Shown here in pieces: positions 35,756-45,671 of a stretch of 64,000 nucleotides of DNA. The notes beneath the pieces are model-generated. The model was given only the letters and a program-made list of their open reading frames with translations. It was not told the origin of the DNA and made no database searches. This DNA is from Thalassolituus maritimus (GTDB lineage Bacteria; Pseudomonadota; Gammaproteobacteria; Pseudomonadales; Oceanobacteraceae), in assembly GCF_913019975.1 (NCBI RefSeq), contig NZ_CAJWBH010000015.1; one strand, given 5' to 3'. The translations under genes were made by a program, and so were the position numbers. Each line of letters starts with the position of its first letter. The stretch's first letter is position 1.

Positions 35756-37435
35756 ATGAACGAACAGTTTTTCCAGGAGCGTTACCCCGAGGGGTATCCA
35801 AAGACAGTCAACGTTAATGAGTTTTCGTGCATTACCGAAATCTTTGATGGTTTCGTTAAAAAGTACGCTGAACTGCCAGCGTTTACATGTCTCGGGCAGA
35901 CTATGACGTATGCCCAGCTGGATGAAAAAAGTGCTGCGTTCGCCTCTTTCCTTCAGAATGAAACGTCCCTTCAGGCAGGTGATCGTATTGCGGTTCAGCT
36001 GCCGAATGTACTGCAATACCCGGTCGTCGTTTTTGGTGCCATGCGTGCAGGGATTACCGTGGTGAATACCAATCCGCTGTATACAGAGCGTGAAATGGAA
36101 CACCAGTTTAACGACTCTGGCGCGAAAGCTTTGGTCGTTCTAGCGAACTTTGGCGATAAAGTTGAACGTGTTCTGCCTAAAACAGGCATTAAGCATGTTA
36201 TTGTGACTAATGTTGGCGATATGCATTGCCCACTGAAAAGAACTCTGATTAACACAGTGCTTAAGTACGTGAAGAAGGAGGTGCCTGCAGCAAATATCCC
36301 AGGCGCCATTCCGTTGCGTAAAGCGCTCAGCAAAGGTAAGGGCAAGCCTTACACCAGCGCCCCCGCAACTTCTGATGATATCGCAGTACTGCAATATACG
36401 GGGGGCACTACAGGCGTCGCAAAAGGCGCAATGCTTACCCATGGCAACCTGATGGCTAATATGGCCCAGGCATATGGTGTATTCAAACAGGTTATGAACG
36501 AGGGTGAGGAGACGGTAATCTGTCCTTTGCCTCTTTATCATATCTACGCGTTTACCATGCACTGCATGGTGCTTCTCCAGACTGGCAATCACAGCATCCT
36601 GATCCCGAATCCTCGCGATATCCCGGGCTTTATTAAGACGCTGCAGAAAACAGACTTCACTGGATTTGTGGGGCTTAACACTCTGTTTGTGGCGCTTTGC
36701 GCTCAGGAAGATTTCCGTGCTCTGGACTTCAGTAAACTCAAGCTGACTGTGTCAGGTGGTATGGCGCTGACCAAAGCTGCCTTTGATGAATGGAAAGCGG
36801 TGACAGGGTGTGAAGTGGCTGAAGGTTACGGCATGACCGAAACCTCGCCAGTCGTATCCTTTAACCCGACCACACGCATCAAGCAGGGCACCATTGGTAT
36901 GCCTGTTGCGAATACAGCCTGCATGGTGATCGACGAAGAAGGTAATGAGTTGCCCCTCGGAGAAGCTGGTGAACTGTGTGTGAAAGGACCTCAGGTCATG
37001 AAGGGCTACTGGCAGCGTCCTGAAGCGACTGAAGAAACAATGACCAAAGACGGGTGGTTGAAGACGGGTGACATGGCCGTTATCAACGACGATGGCTACC
37101 TCAAAATCGTTGACCGTAAGAAAGATATGATCATCGTCTCTGGCTTTAATGTCTATCCCAACGAAGTGGAGGACGTTATTGTTTCCCATAAAGACATTGT
37201 TGAAGCAGCTGCTATTGGTATACCAGACCCTAAAAGCTCTGAGGCCGTGAAAGTGTTTATTGTCCGGAGCAACCCATCGCTCACGGAGAAAGATGTTATT
37301 GCCTTCTGTCGAGAGAATCTCACCGCGTACAAAGTGCCTAAGATCGTTGAGTTCCGTGACGAGCTGCCGAAGACGAATGTTGGTAAGATCCTGCGTCGTG
37401 AGCTTCGTGACGAGGAGCTGGCCAAGCACAAATAA
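35756..37435 (+). CDS. fadD: long-chain-fatty-acid--CoA ligase
   Basis: LQYTGGTTGVAKG, EGYGMTETSP, TGD, DRKKDMI, PKTNVGK; GGAGA SD favours ATG 35756 over 35744. Confidence 0.92.
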   Translation: MNEQFFQERYPEGYPKTVNVNEFSCITEIFDGFVKKYAELPAFTCLGQTMTYAQLDEKSAAFASFLQNETSLQAGDRIAVQLPNVLQYPVVVFGAMRAGITVVNTNPLYTEREMEHQFNDSGAKALVVLANFGDKVERVLPKTGIKHVIVTNVGDMHCPLKRTLINTVLKYVKKEVPAANIPGAIPLRKALSKGKGKPYTSAPATSDDIAVLQYTGGTTGVAKGAMLTHGNLMANMAQAYGVFKQVMNEGEETVICPLPLYHIYAFTMHCMVLLQTGNHSILIPNPRDIPGFIKTLQKTDFTGFVGLNTLFVALCAQEDFRALDFSKLKLTVSGGMALTKAAFDEWKAVTGCEVAEGYGMTETSPVVSFNPTTRIKQGTIGMPVANTACMVIDEEGNELPLGEAGELCVKGPQVMKGYWQRPEATEETMTKDGWLKTGDMAVINDDGYLKIVDRKKDMIIVSGFNVYPNEVEDVIVSHKDIVEAAAIGIPDPKSSEAVKVFIVRSNPSLTEKDVIAFCRENLTAYKVPKIVEFRDELPKTNVGKILRRELRDEELAKHK

Positions 37436-37458
37436 GGCTTTGCGACGTGTTACACTGA

Positions 37459-37483
37459 GCGCCCCGGTTTCCGGGGCGTTTTT
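37459..37483 (+). terminator. intrinsic terminator after fadD
   Basis: cgccccgg-ttt-ccggggcg plus T5. Confidence 0.75.
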
Positions 37484-37503
37484 GTTTCTGACTGGCGGGA
37501 TAC

Positions 37504-40500
37504 ATGTCTACCGAAGTAACCAAGATGTTCTCTGAACTCGAAAAATCCCTGATGCATTGTCTTATTCGCGATCGGCACCCGGTCCGTAACGCACTTCGTC
37601 GCATTGAAAAAGAACCCCTTGATAAACAGCAAACGCAGTTGGCTAAGCTGGTCTCCAGAATAGAAAAAAGTCAGCAAGCGGTTGCAGCCCGAAGTACTAA
37701 TCCTGCACTTAATTACCCTGAGAACCTGCCTGTTTGTGAGAAGAGGTCAGAGATTCTGTCTCTGATTTCTGAAAATCAGGTGGTCGTCATTGCCGGTGAA
37801 ACAGGTTCGGGTAAGACGACTCAGTTACCGAAAATGTGTATTGAAGCGGGGTTGGGTGTGTATGGACGGATTGGCCATACACAGCCGCGACGCCTTGCTG
37901 CGCGTTCGGTGTCACAGCGGATTGCTGATGAATTAAACAGCCCGCTCGGTGAGACAGTGGGCTATCAGGTGAGGTTTACAGACCAGTCAAGCGATGACAC
38001 CCGTATTAAGGTCATGACGGACGGTATTCTACTGGCTCAGACGCAGCACGACCGCTTCCTGAATGAATACGACTGCATCATTATCGATGAAGCACACGAA
38101 CGTAGCCTGAATATCGATTTTTTGATGGGTTACCTCAAACAGTTACTGCCCAAACGTCCAGACCTTAAGGTCATCATTACTTCTGCAACCATTGACGTTG
38201 AGCGCTTCTCTCAGCACTTTGATGACGCTCCGGTGATTCAGGTGTCGGGCCGGACACATCCTGTTGATGTTCTCTATCGTCCACTGGTTCGGAATGACGA
38301 TGACGAGGAAGATCGCTCTTTATTCGAAGGGATAGCTGAGGCGCTCGAAGAATTGCGCTCAATCGACAAGGCTAAGGGTAGTCCGGGTGACACCCTGGTG
38401 TTTCTGCCCGGAGAGCGGGAAATCAGGGAGTGTGCTGAATTCCTCAGACGTCAGCAATTGCCCGCGACGGATATTCTACCGCTGTATGCACGGTTGAGTT
38501 CTGCTGATCAACAGAGAATATTTCGCCCTCATGGCGGGCGGCGCGTCGTGCTCAGTACCAATGTGGCTGAAACTTCTCTGACGGTCCCCGGCATTCGCTA
38601 TGTTATCGACTCCGGTGTCGCGAGAATCAGTCGTTACAGCTACCGCACCAAAGTGCAGCGTCTGCCGGTTGAAGCGATTTCTCAGGCGAGTGCAAATCAA
38701 AGGGCAGGGCGTTGCGGCCGTATAGAGCCCGGAACCTGCATCCGGCTTTATGACGAGCAGGATTTTTTTTCGCGCTCAGAATTTACCGATCCGGAAATTC
38801 GTCGAACTAATCTTGCAGCCGTGATATTGCAGATGTTGAATCTTCGCTTGGGTGACATCCGGAAATTCCCATTTGTTGATGCACCTGACGATCGTTTTGT
38901 AAAAGACGGATATACATTGCTGTCCGAACTCGGTGCCGTCGATAACGCAAGAAAAATTACCAGCACGGGCAGGACCATGGCCCGGTTACCGGTCGATCCA
39001 CGTATCGGGCGCATGTTGATTGCCGCAGGGCAGAGAAATTGTGCGACTGAAATGATGATCGTCGCCGCAGCCCTGACCGTTGCTGATCCAAGAGAAAGAC
39101 CGCAGGAAAAACAACAGGCGGCTGCTGAAAAACACAGGCAATGGGCGGATGATGATTCCGACTTTGCAACGCTGATTAATCTCTGGAATGGCTTCGAGAC
39201 ACAGCGCCAGGAATTGAGTCAGAATCAACTTCGCAAGTGGTGTAAGAAGAATTATTTGTCATATATGCGGATGCGGGAATGGCGGGATATTCATCGCCAG
39301 CTGCATCTGATGCTGCGTGATATGGATATATCGACAAATTCCGAGCCTGCTTCTTATGACGCGTTGCACAAAGCCATTCTCTCAGGGATGTTAAGTCATA
39401 TCGGTTTCAGGGCAGAGCAGAAGGAATATATAGGCGCTCGTAACCGACGTTTCGTGATGGCGCCGGGGAGTGCCGGTTATAAGAAACCGCCCAAATGGCT
39501 TGTCGCTGCCGAGCTGGTTGAAACCAGTAAGCTGTTTGCGCGCATGGTTGCCAGGGTGGAGCCCGAGTGGATCGAAGAATGTGGTCGGGAATTACTTAAA
39601 TATCAGTACTTCGAACCACATTGGCAACAGCAGCGAGGTCAGGTTGTAGCGACTGAACAGTCTTCGCTGTACGGCCTGGTTGTAAACCCGAAAAAACGTG
39701 TCGATTATTCGAAAACTCACCCTGAAGAAAGTCGACAGATTCTTATTACAGAAGCGCTCGTCGCGCAGCAGCTTAAATCTGATGTTGAATTTTATCGCAA
39801 AAACATTGAACTGATTGCAGAGGTCACTGAGTACGAAGAAAAATCGCGCCGGCGTGATCTTGTGATTGATGATCATGCGCTGATTGATTTTTACGAGAGA
39901 TATTTTCCTGAGGGTGTTTTTTCCCGCAGAGCATTGGAAAGTTGGTTTAAACGTGCGTCAGGCGCCGATAAAAGGCAATTGTATCTTACTCGTGAATTTC
40001 TTCTGTCGGATGCTGCTCGCGGAATATCCAGTGAAGATTACCCCGCCGAGCTGGAAATTAATGGCATAAATTTTCCGTTGTCATACACCTTTGCTCCTGG
40101 AAGTTCCGACGATGGGGTGACCTTAACCGTTCCTGCTCAGATGCTGCCTCAGGTTAATGAAAGGCTGACAGAATGGCTGGTTCCGGGATTTATTCACCAA
40201 AAAGTTGTAGCCATTATTAAAGCGTTGCCAAAGCCAGTGCGGAAGCAGTTTGTACCTGTGCCAGATACGGCAACCCGCTTTCTGAATCAGGCTACAGCTT
40301 CCAAGGGTGGACTCTATATCCAGCTGGCGGAATTTCTGAATCAGACCTTAAGGCCCGAGCGTGTAACGCCAGAAGAGCTGATGAGTGATGCGCTGGAGTC
40401 TCACTTGAAAATGAACTTCAGGGTTCTCAACGGCGATGATGTTATCACCGAAAGCAGAGACCTGGCCGCGCTTATTGAGAGTGTTGATGTTAGCGGAGAG

Positions 40501-41403
40501 ACTTCTGAATACGTCCTTCTTGATGACCGGTTTGCCGGACATACGGTTAATGACTGGGATTTCGGCGCATTGCCGGAGTCAACCGAGGCCGAAGTGGCCG
40601 GCTTGCCAGTGAGGTCTTACCCATGCCTTAAGAGCGACGGCGACACGGTAGTCCTGACAACAGAGAATAGTGAATCTCAGGCCGAGGTTTCGCATCGTGA
40701 AGGGGTGTTGGCCCTGATTCGCCAGCAGCTTGCAGGAATGGATCGCGACCTCCGCCAATCTATCCAGACGCAAATGAAACCACACTGGCTGTTGGCTAAA
40801 GGTATGGGGTCCGAAGGAGAGATTACTCGCGAGCTTGTTGATGCGGTGTATACCCATATCATGCTACCTCTTGATGAGGCTCTGCCGCGGACGCCTGAAG
40901 AATTTGATGTAAGAATTCAGCGACGTAGCCGACTACATCAACATCTGGAAGAGCTGCTTACCCAGTTTGTTCAGTGGTTGAAGATTCGGCATGGTGTGCT
41001 TAAGAGCCTCAGGGGCGCCGTAACAATGGATAAGGCCATGGCGTTCAGTGATACCAAAGCCCATCTGGAACGCCTGTTGGCTCCGGGGTTTCTTGTCGAA
41101 GTGCCATGGCCAAGGTTGAAGTGTTTCACCCGCTATCTGCGGGCTATGGAGTATCGGATTGATAAGCTGCAAGGGAACCTTGCGCGTGATCGTCAGTCCA
41201 TGGTTGAGTTCGAGTCGGTCTATGTGCCTTGGAAAGAAGCGGTAGATCGTGGCGGTGCAAATCAGGAAGCCCTTGAGGAGTTCCGGTGGCTGCTTGAGGA
41301 GTGGCGAGTGTCGTTATTCGCGCAACCGCTGGGTACACAAGAGCCGGTATCGCTTAAGCGCCTTAACAAACGTTGGCATGAGATCGTTCAGGCGGGTCTC
41401 TGA
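37504..41403 (+). CDS. hrpA: ATP-dependent RNA helicase HrpA
   Basis: GETGSGKTTQ, DEAHERS, SAT, TNVAETS, QRAGRCGR; C-terminal LEEWRVSLFAQ. Confidence 0.96.
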   Translation: MSTEVTKMFSELEKSLMHCLIRDRHPVRNALRRIEKEPLDKQQTQLAKLVSRIEKSQQAVAARSTNPALNYPENLPVCEKRSEILSLISENQVVVIAGETGSGKTTQLPKMCIEAGLGVYGRIGHTQPRRLAARSVSQRIADELNSPLGETVGYQVRFTDQSSDDTRIKVMTDGILLAQTQHDRFLNEYDCIIIDEAHERSLNIDFLMGYLKQLLPKRPDLKVIITSATIDVERFSQHFDDAPVIQVSGRTHPVDVLYRPLVRNDDDEEDRSLFEGIAEALEELRSIDKAKGSPGDTLVFLPGEREIRECAEFLRRQQLPATDILPLYARLSSADQQRIFRPHGGRRVVLSTNVAETSLTVPGIRYVIDSGVARISRYSYRTKVQRLPVEAISQASANQRAGRCGRIEPGTCIRLYDEQDFFSRSEFTDPEIRRTNLAAVILQMLNLRLGDIRKFPFVDAPDDRFVKDGYTLLSELGAVDNARKITSTGRTMARLPVDPRIGRMLIAAGQRNCATEMMIVAAALTVADPRERPQEKQQAAAEKHRQWADDDSDFATLINLWNGFETQRQELSQNQLRKWCKKNYLSYMRMREWRDIHRQLHLMLRDMDISTNSEPASYDALHKAILSGMLSHIGFRAEQKEYIGARNRRFVMAPGSAGYKKPPKWLVAAELVETSKLFARMVARVEPEWIEECGRELLKYQYFEPHWQQQRGQVVATEQSSLYGLVVNPKKRVDYSKTHPEESRQILITEALVAQQLKSDVEFYRKNIELIAEVTEYEEKSRRRDLVIDDHALIDFYERYFPEGVFSRRALESWFKRASGADKRQLYLTREFLLSDAARGISSEDYPAELEINGINFPLSYTFAPGSSDDGVTLTVPAQMLPQVNERLTEWLVPGFIHQKVVAIIKALPKPVRKQFVPVPDTATRFLNQATASKGGLYIQLAEFLNQTLRPERVTPEELMSDALESHLKMNFRVLNGDDVITESRDLAALIESVDVSGETSEYVLLDDRFAGHTVNDWDFGALPESTEAEVAGLPVRSYPCLKSDGDTVVLTTENSESQAEVSHREGVLALIRQQLAGMDRDLRQSIQTQMKPHWLLAKGMGSEGEITRELVDAVYTHIMLPLDEALPRTPEEFDVRIQRRSRLHQHLEELLTQFVQWLKIRHGVLKSLRGAVTMDKAMAFSDTKAHLERLLAPGFLVEVPWPRLKCFTRYLRAMEYRIDKLQGNLARDRQSMVEFESVYVPWKEAVDRGGANQEALEEFRWLLEEWRVSLFAQPLGTQEPVSLKRLNKRWHEIVQAGL

Positions 41404-41542
41404 GCGTAATAACTGACTGTTGGCTCAAAAAATGCGGTGTGTAACAGTAAAATCGTCTGACATACTGAATCCAACCTGTGCTTTGGAACGTACAGGATAC
41501 ATACGGGCACCTTTTGCCCCTAACACTGAAAAGGAAACTGCT

Positions 41543-41923
41543 ATGAAAAACTCTACCAAAGATACCAACAAGCTGATGTCTGCTGTTCTCGGAACGGCGT
41601 TTGTTACCGCTGTTTCAGCTGCAGGCGTTAATGCTGCTGAAAACCCGTTTGCTTCTGCAGAACTGAATCAGGGTTACAAAGTGGCTGCGCACCATGAAGG
41701 CAAATGTGGCGAGGGTAAGTGTGGCGCCAAGGCCGATGAAGAAGGCAAGTGTGGCGAAGGTAAGTGTGGTGCTAAGTCTGAGAAAGAAGGCAAGTGTGGC
41801 GAAGGTAAGTGCGGTGCCAAGTCTGAAAAAGAAGGCAAGTGTGGCGAAGGTAAGTGCGGTGCTAAGTCTGAAAAAGAAGGCAAGTGCGGTGAAGGTAAGT
41901 GCGGCGGTAAAAAAGAGAGCTGA
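41543..41923 (+). CDS. HvfA-like MNIO RiPP precursor with ten EGKCG motifs
   Basis: AAGGA SD; signal peptide; AENPF; (EGKCGEGKCGxxxxx)5. Confidence 0.85.
   Translation: MKNSTKDTNKLMSAVLGTAFVTAVSAAGVNAAENPFASAELNQGYKVAAHHEGKCGEGKCGAKADEEGKCGEGKCGAKSEKEGKCGEGKCGAKSEKEGKCGEGKCGAKSEKEGKCGEGKCGGKKES
41696..41920 (+). repeat. 45-bp tandem repeat x5 encoding EGKCGEGKCGAKSEK-type units
   Basis: Five 15-aa units read directly from the sequence. Confidence 0.93.
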
Positions 41924-41931
41924 GCGCTGAT

Positions 41932-42798
41932 ATGAATCGCCACCAGATCACGGGCGCAGGATTAGGTCTGCGCCGAGGGTTTATCTCAGAATTGCAGTCC
42001 CGCATAGAAAACGGCGTTGAAGTCCCCGTCGATTTTTTTGAGGTCGCGCCCGAGAACTGGTTACGGGTTGGTGGTCGTCTGGGCCGCCAATTCCGCTATT
42101 TTACTGAACGCTATCCATTTGCTTGCCATGGACTGTCGTTGTCTATTGGTAGCCCTGCTCCGTTGGACGAAGCGTTCGTCCGTGACGTAAAAGACTTTCT
42201 GAAAGAGCATAAGGTGGCGGTCTATAGCGAGCACCTGAGTTACTGCTCAGACGATGGCCATCTGTACGACCTTATGCCGCTTCCGTTTACCGAAGAAGCT
42301 GTCAAGTACGTCAGTGAGCGAATCATGAGAGTGCAGGACATTCTTGGTGAGCGCCTGGTGATAGAAAATGTTTCGGCTTATGTTGAGCCCGGACGCGAAA
42401 TGGCAGAGCCAGAATTCGTCAAAGCGGTGCTTGAAGCTGCCGACTGCGAGTTACTCCTTGATGTGAATAACGTCTACGTTAATTCAACAAATCACGGGTA
42501 CAACGCTGAAGAGTACATTCGCAGTATGCCGAGCGATAAAATCCGGTATTACCATGTCGCTGGCCACTATCAGGATACATCGGACGCCAGTGATGCTGAT
42601 CCTTCCTCGAATTTGTTGGTAGACACCCATGGTGCAGATGTTATTGAGCCCGTCTGGGCACTGCTATCAGCGGCTTATGATGCACACGGGATGAGACCAA
42701 CGCTTCTGGAACGGGATTTTAATTTTCCTGACCTCGACGAAATGTTTGCAGAGGTCTCGCAGATTAAGACTCTCCAGGAGGCGCTACTGCATGTCTGA
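41932..42798 (+). CDS. DUF692 / MNIO family enzyme (HvfB/BufB-like)
   Basis: GAGLGLRR, EVAPENW, HGLSLSIG, SEHLSY, ENVS, LLDVNNVYVN, HVAGH, DTHG, LLERD. Confidence 0.92.
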   Translation: MNRHQITGAGLGLRRGFISELQSRIENGVEVPVDFFEVAPENWLRVGGRLGRQFRYFTERYPFACHGLSLSIGSPAPLDEAFVRDVKDFLKEHKVAVYSEHLSYCSDDGHLYDLMPLPFTEEAVKYVSERIMRVQDILGERLVIENVSAYVEPGREMAEPEFVKAVLEAADCELLLDVNNVYVNSTNHGYNAEEYIRSMPSDKIRYYHVAGHYQDTSDASDADPSSNLLVDTHGADVIEPVWALLSAAYDAHGMRPTLLERDFNFPDLDEMFAEVSQIKTLQEALLHV

Positions 42799-43513
42799 TC
42801 TGGCGAAGATGCAAAGGGCGTTTGCCAAGGACATTCGCACTGATGGTGATGAAAGCTTCGGTGAACAGCCGGGCCTCAAAATTTATCGGGAGCTCTTTTT
42901 TAACAGTGTCTGTGGCTTTCTCGATGGTACCTTCCCTGTCTGTAAAGAGGCTGTCGGCGATGAGCGATGGAAGGAATATTCGCGGGCATTTTTTCGTGAT
43001 CACCAGTCAAACTCTCCGCTTTTTCTCGAAATAAGTGAGGAATTTCTGGCATGGTTGGTGACACAGCAAAGTATTCTTGGTGAGTTTCCATATCTGGCAG
43101 AGCTAGCTCACTATGAGTGGCTGGAGCTGGCCGTTGATGTGATGGATGTTGAAGGGTTCAGAGGTGAGCCTGATGCTCTCTTTGATCCGGGCTCGCCAAT
43201 TTTAATTAATCCTGCATCGATTGCTGCGTGTTATCAGTACCCGGTTCATCAGGTGTCAGGGTTTGAACCTGAGGTCTCGGAACAGATGTCGGGGTTTGTC
43301 GTTTATCGTGACCTGGCTGATAAAGTACGGTTTATCAGCTGCACTCCTTTGTCACTTATGATTCTCGAAACTGCACGGGCTGAACCGATGCTGACTGCAC
43401 GACAGGCCGTTGAATCGGTAATGTCTCAGGCTGGGCTGGATGGAGATGTTGCTCTTCAGGGGGCGCTGCAGGTTCTGGGTGACTGGCACCGGCAAGGTGT
43501 TATCCGCTCGTGA
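42791..43513 (+). CDS. DUF2063 partner protein (HvfC-like RiPP recognition)
   Basis: Q..FA..IR, IYRELFFN, FF..H..SPLFLEI..EFL, ELAHYEWLEL. Confidence 0.85.
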   Translation: MSDLAKMQRAFAKDIRTDGDESFGEQPGLKIYRELFFNSVCGFLDGTFPVCKEAVGDERWKEYSRAFFRDHQSNSPLFLEISEEFLAWLVTQQSILGEFPYLAELAHYEWLELAVDVMDVEGFRGEPDALFDPGSPILINPASIAACYQYPVHQVSGFEPEVSEQMSGFVVYRDLADKVRFISCTPLSLMILETARAEPMLTARQAVESVMSQAGLDGDVALQGALQVLGDWHRQGVIRS

Positions 43514-43551
43514 GACAGTAAAAGCTGACGTTCTGGTCGGTTTCTGACATT

Positions 43552-44301
43552 ATGAGCGCAACAAAAACAGGACGTCATCTTATGTATTTTCATTCCCTTG
43601 TTGCGCTGATTGGAACGGTTACCATTGGCCTCGCGGCGTTGCCTGCTCAAGCTGAAGAGGAATACGATCCTTTTGAAGAAACCAATCGCAAAATTTTCGC
43701 CTTCAATGATTACCTGGACCGAAAATTCTTTGTGCCTGTAGCAAGGGGGTACAACGCGGTGACCCCTGTGGTGGTAGATACCGGCATTACGAATATGTAC
43801 CAGAACGCGCTTGACCCTCTTACCAGTGTGAATGATGTCGCGCAGCTTAAATTCTCTAGGGCAGCTACGGCCGTGGGTCGATTTCTGGTGAACAGTACGG
43901 TTGGGTTTTTCGGCTTTTTCGATGTGGCGACGCACATCGGTCTGCCAAAGCATCGTGAAGACTTCGGGCAGACTCTCGGTTACTGGGGGGTCGGCAATGG
44001 GCCTTATCTGGTATTGCCGTTCTTTGGGCCACGTACCTTGCGTCATTCTGTAGGACATGTCGGCGACTATTACACCGGCCTGTCGTATACCTATTTTGGC
44101 GACAATCTCGGTGAAGATGCTGCGATGTTGGGCTTAAAAGCGCTCGACCTTCGTTCAGATCTGATTGAATCTGAGCAGTTTATTACCGGCGACCGTTATC
44201 TCTTTATCCGTAGTGCGTATCTTCAGAGCCGTGAGTATCTGGTCAATGATGGGCAGGTGCAGGATGAGTTTGAAGATGAGTTTGGCATCTTCGATGAATG
44301 A
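43552..44301 (+). CDS. mlaA: MlaA/VacJ-family protein
   Basis: DPFEETNRKIFAFND, RFLVNST.GFFG, EDFGQTLG.WG, YLVLPFFGP, RSAYLQ. Confidence 0.9.
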   Translation: MSATKTGRHLMYFHSLVALIGTVTIGLAALPAQAEEEYDPFEETNRKIFAFNDYLDRKFFVPVARGYNAVTPVVVDTGITNMYQNALDPLTSVNDVAQLKFSRAATAVGRFLVNSTVGFFGFFDVATHIGLPKHREDFGQTLGYWGVGNGPYLVLPFFGPRTLRHSVGHVGDYYTGLSYTYFGDNLGEDAAMLGLKALDLRSDLIESEQFITGDRYLFIRSAYLQSREYLVNDGQVQDEFEDEFGIFDE

Positions 44302-44322
44302 CTATAGATTACGACAGATAAT

Positions 44323-44350
44323 AAAAAAGGCCTCGTGAGAGGCCTTTTTT
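44323..44350. terminator. bidirectional intrinsic terminator
   Basis: aaaaaaggcctc-gtga-gaggcctttttt between convergent genes. Confidence 0.9.
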
Positions 44351-44354
44351 GTTT

Positions 44355-45662
44355 TTAGCCGGCTGTGCGCCCAGGGAGAACATCTTTCAGCTTCTCACGC
44401 ATTTTGCGGATTGCATCTTCAGTTTCTTCCCAGCTGATGCAGCCGTCTGTTACCGATAAGCCGTACTCCAGATCATCCAGGTTGGCTGGAATATTCTGAC
44501 GCCCGTGTTTGATGTTTGATTCAACCATCAGGCCGATAATGGATTTGTTGCCTTCAAGGATCTGGTTGCTGACGTTGTCCATGACTAATGGCTGCAGTGC
44601 CGGATTCTTGCTGCTGTTTTCATGGCTGCAGTCGATCATGATGTTCTGTGCAAGATCCGCTTTAGACAGTGCGTCTTCTGCAATCTGGACGTTCACTGAA
44701 TCGTAGTTTGGCTTACCGCCGCCGCCGCGCAGCACAACGTGTGCGTAAGGGTTGCCCTTGGTTGAAACGATTGAAACCTGGCCGCTCTGGTCGATACCAA
44801 GGAAGCGGTGCGGGTTGGCTACTGACATCAGTGCGTTAGTAGCAACTGTCAGGCTGCCATCGGTTCCGTTCTTGAAGCCAACGGCCGATGAAAGGCCTGA
44901 AGCCATCTCTCGGTGTGTCTGGGATTCTGTAGTGCGTGCGCCAATAGCTGACCATGCGATCAGATCCTGAAGGTACTGTGGTGAGATCGGGTCCAGCGCT
45001 TCAGTGGATAGTGGCAAGCCGAGCTCTGCAAGATCAATCAGAAGGCGACGCGCGGTATGCAGACCGTCCTGGATTTTGAAAGTGTCGTTCATGTACGGGT
45101 CGTTAATCAGCCCTTTCCATCCAACGGTAGTGCGAGGCTTTTCAAAGTAAACGCGCATTACAAGGTAGAGGGTATCGCTGACTTCTTCTGCCAGATCCCG
45201 CAAGCGCTGAGCGTAGTCTTTAGCTGCATCTACGTCGTGGATGGAGCAGGGGCCGACCACAACAAAAATGCGGTGATCTTTACGATCCAGGATGTCGCGA
45301 ATGGCCTGGCGGCCTTTACAGACGCTTTCGACAGCTTGCTCAGAGATAGGCATCTCTTCTTTGAGCTGAGTTGGGGTTACCAGAGTCGCGATGGACTCAA
45401 TATTGAGATCTTCAATGCGATTGTCAGTCATTTCCTGTTGGCCTTCAGACGGTTGGGCTGGTGTTGTCTCAGGTTGGGAGGGGGCTGAGCCTGCGGTCAG
45501 TTGCCCTTTGGTCAGGGCAGCAATTTGCTTCTGACGACCTGCTGGCGGCTCTTCTCCCCATTGGGAGACCGCCGCAGCGGTCAGCTTCCAGCCGTCTTCG
45601 GAACAGGCTTCTGCAATAGCTTTTTTGGTTCCGAACCAGGCGACAACATCAGTTGTTTTCAT
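44355..45662 (-). CDS. class I DAHP synthase (from internal Met78 at 45431) with in-frame N-terminal P22-Cro-like HTH
   Basis: GPCSIHD, KPRTTVGWKG, GARTTESQ, DCSH.NS, SVTDGC; residues 1-58 match P22 Cro pattern 'DV...FGT..A.A...AAVSQW.E..P'. Confidence 0.85.
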   Translation of the reverse strand: MKTTDVVAWFGTKKAIAEACSEDGWKLTAAAVSQWGEEPPAGRQKQIAALTKGQLTAGSAPSQPETTPAQPSEGQQEMTDNRIEDLNIESIATLVTPTQLKEEMPISEQAVESVCKGRQAIRDILDRKDHRIFVVVGPCSIHDVDAAKDYAQRLRDLAEEVSDTLYLVMRVYFEKPRTTVGWKGLINDPYMNDTFKIQDGLHTARRLLIDLAELGLPLSTEALDPISPQYLQDLIAWSAIGARTTESQTHREMASGLSSAVGFKNGTDGSLTVATNALMSVANPHRFLGIDQSGQVSIVSTKGNPYAHVVLRGGGGKPNYDSVNVQIAEDALSKADLAQNIMIDCSHENSSKNPALQPLVMDNVSNQILEGNKSIIGLMVESNIKHGRQNIPANLDDLEYGLSVTDGCISWEETEDAIRKMREKLKDVLPGRTAG

Positions 45663-45671
45663 AATTAGATA

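Noticed and set aside
36752-37429. 225-aa antisense ORF within fadD
   Set aside because: It is a shadow ORF of a conserved gene, with no motif or SD support.
41440-41472. ECF-sigma promoter (TGTAAC...) upstream of the RiPP precursor
   Set aside because: Only a -35-like element fits; the -10 element is ambiguous and no ECF gene is nearby.
41696-41920. Regular 45-bp repeats as a possible CRISPR array
   Set aside because: The repeats are contiguous, in-frame and coding (EGKCG units), with no unique spacers and no cas genes.
43552-43660. MlaA lacking a lipobox Cys as a novelty
   Set aside because: To my recollection, pseudomonad MlaA homologues also have non-lipoprotein-like N-termini, so this is probably not unusual.
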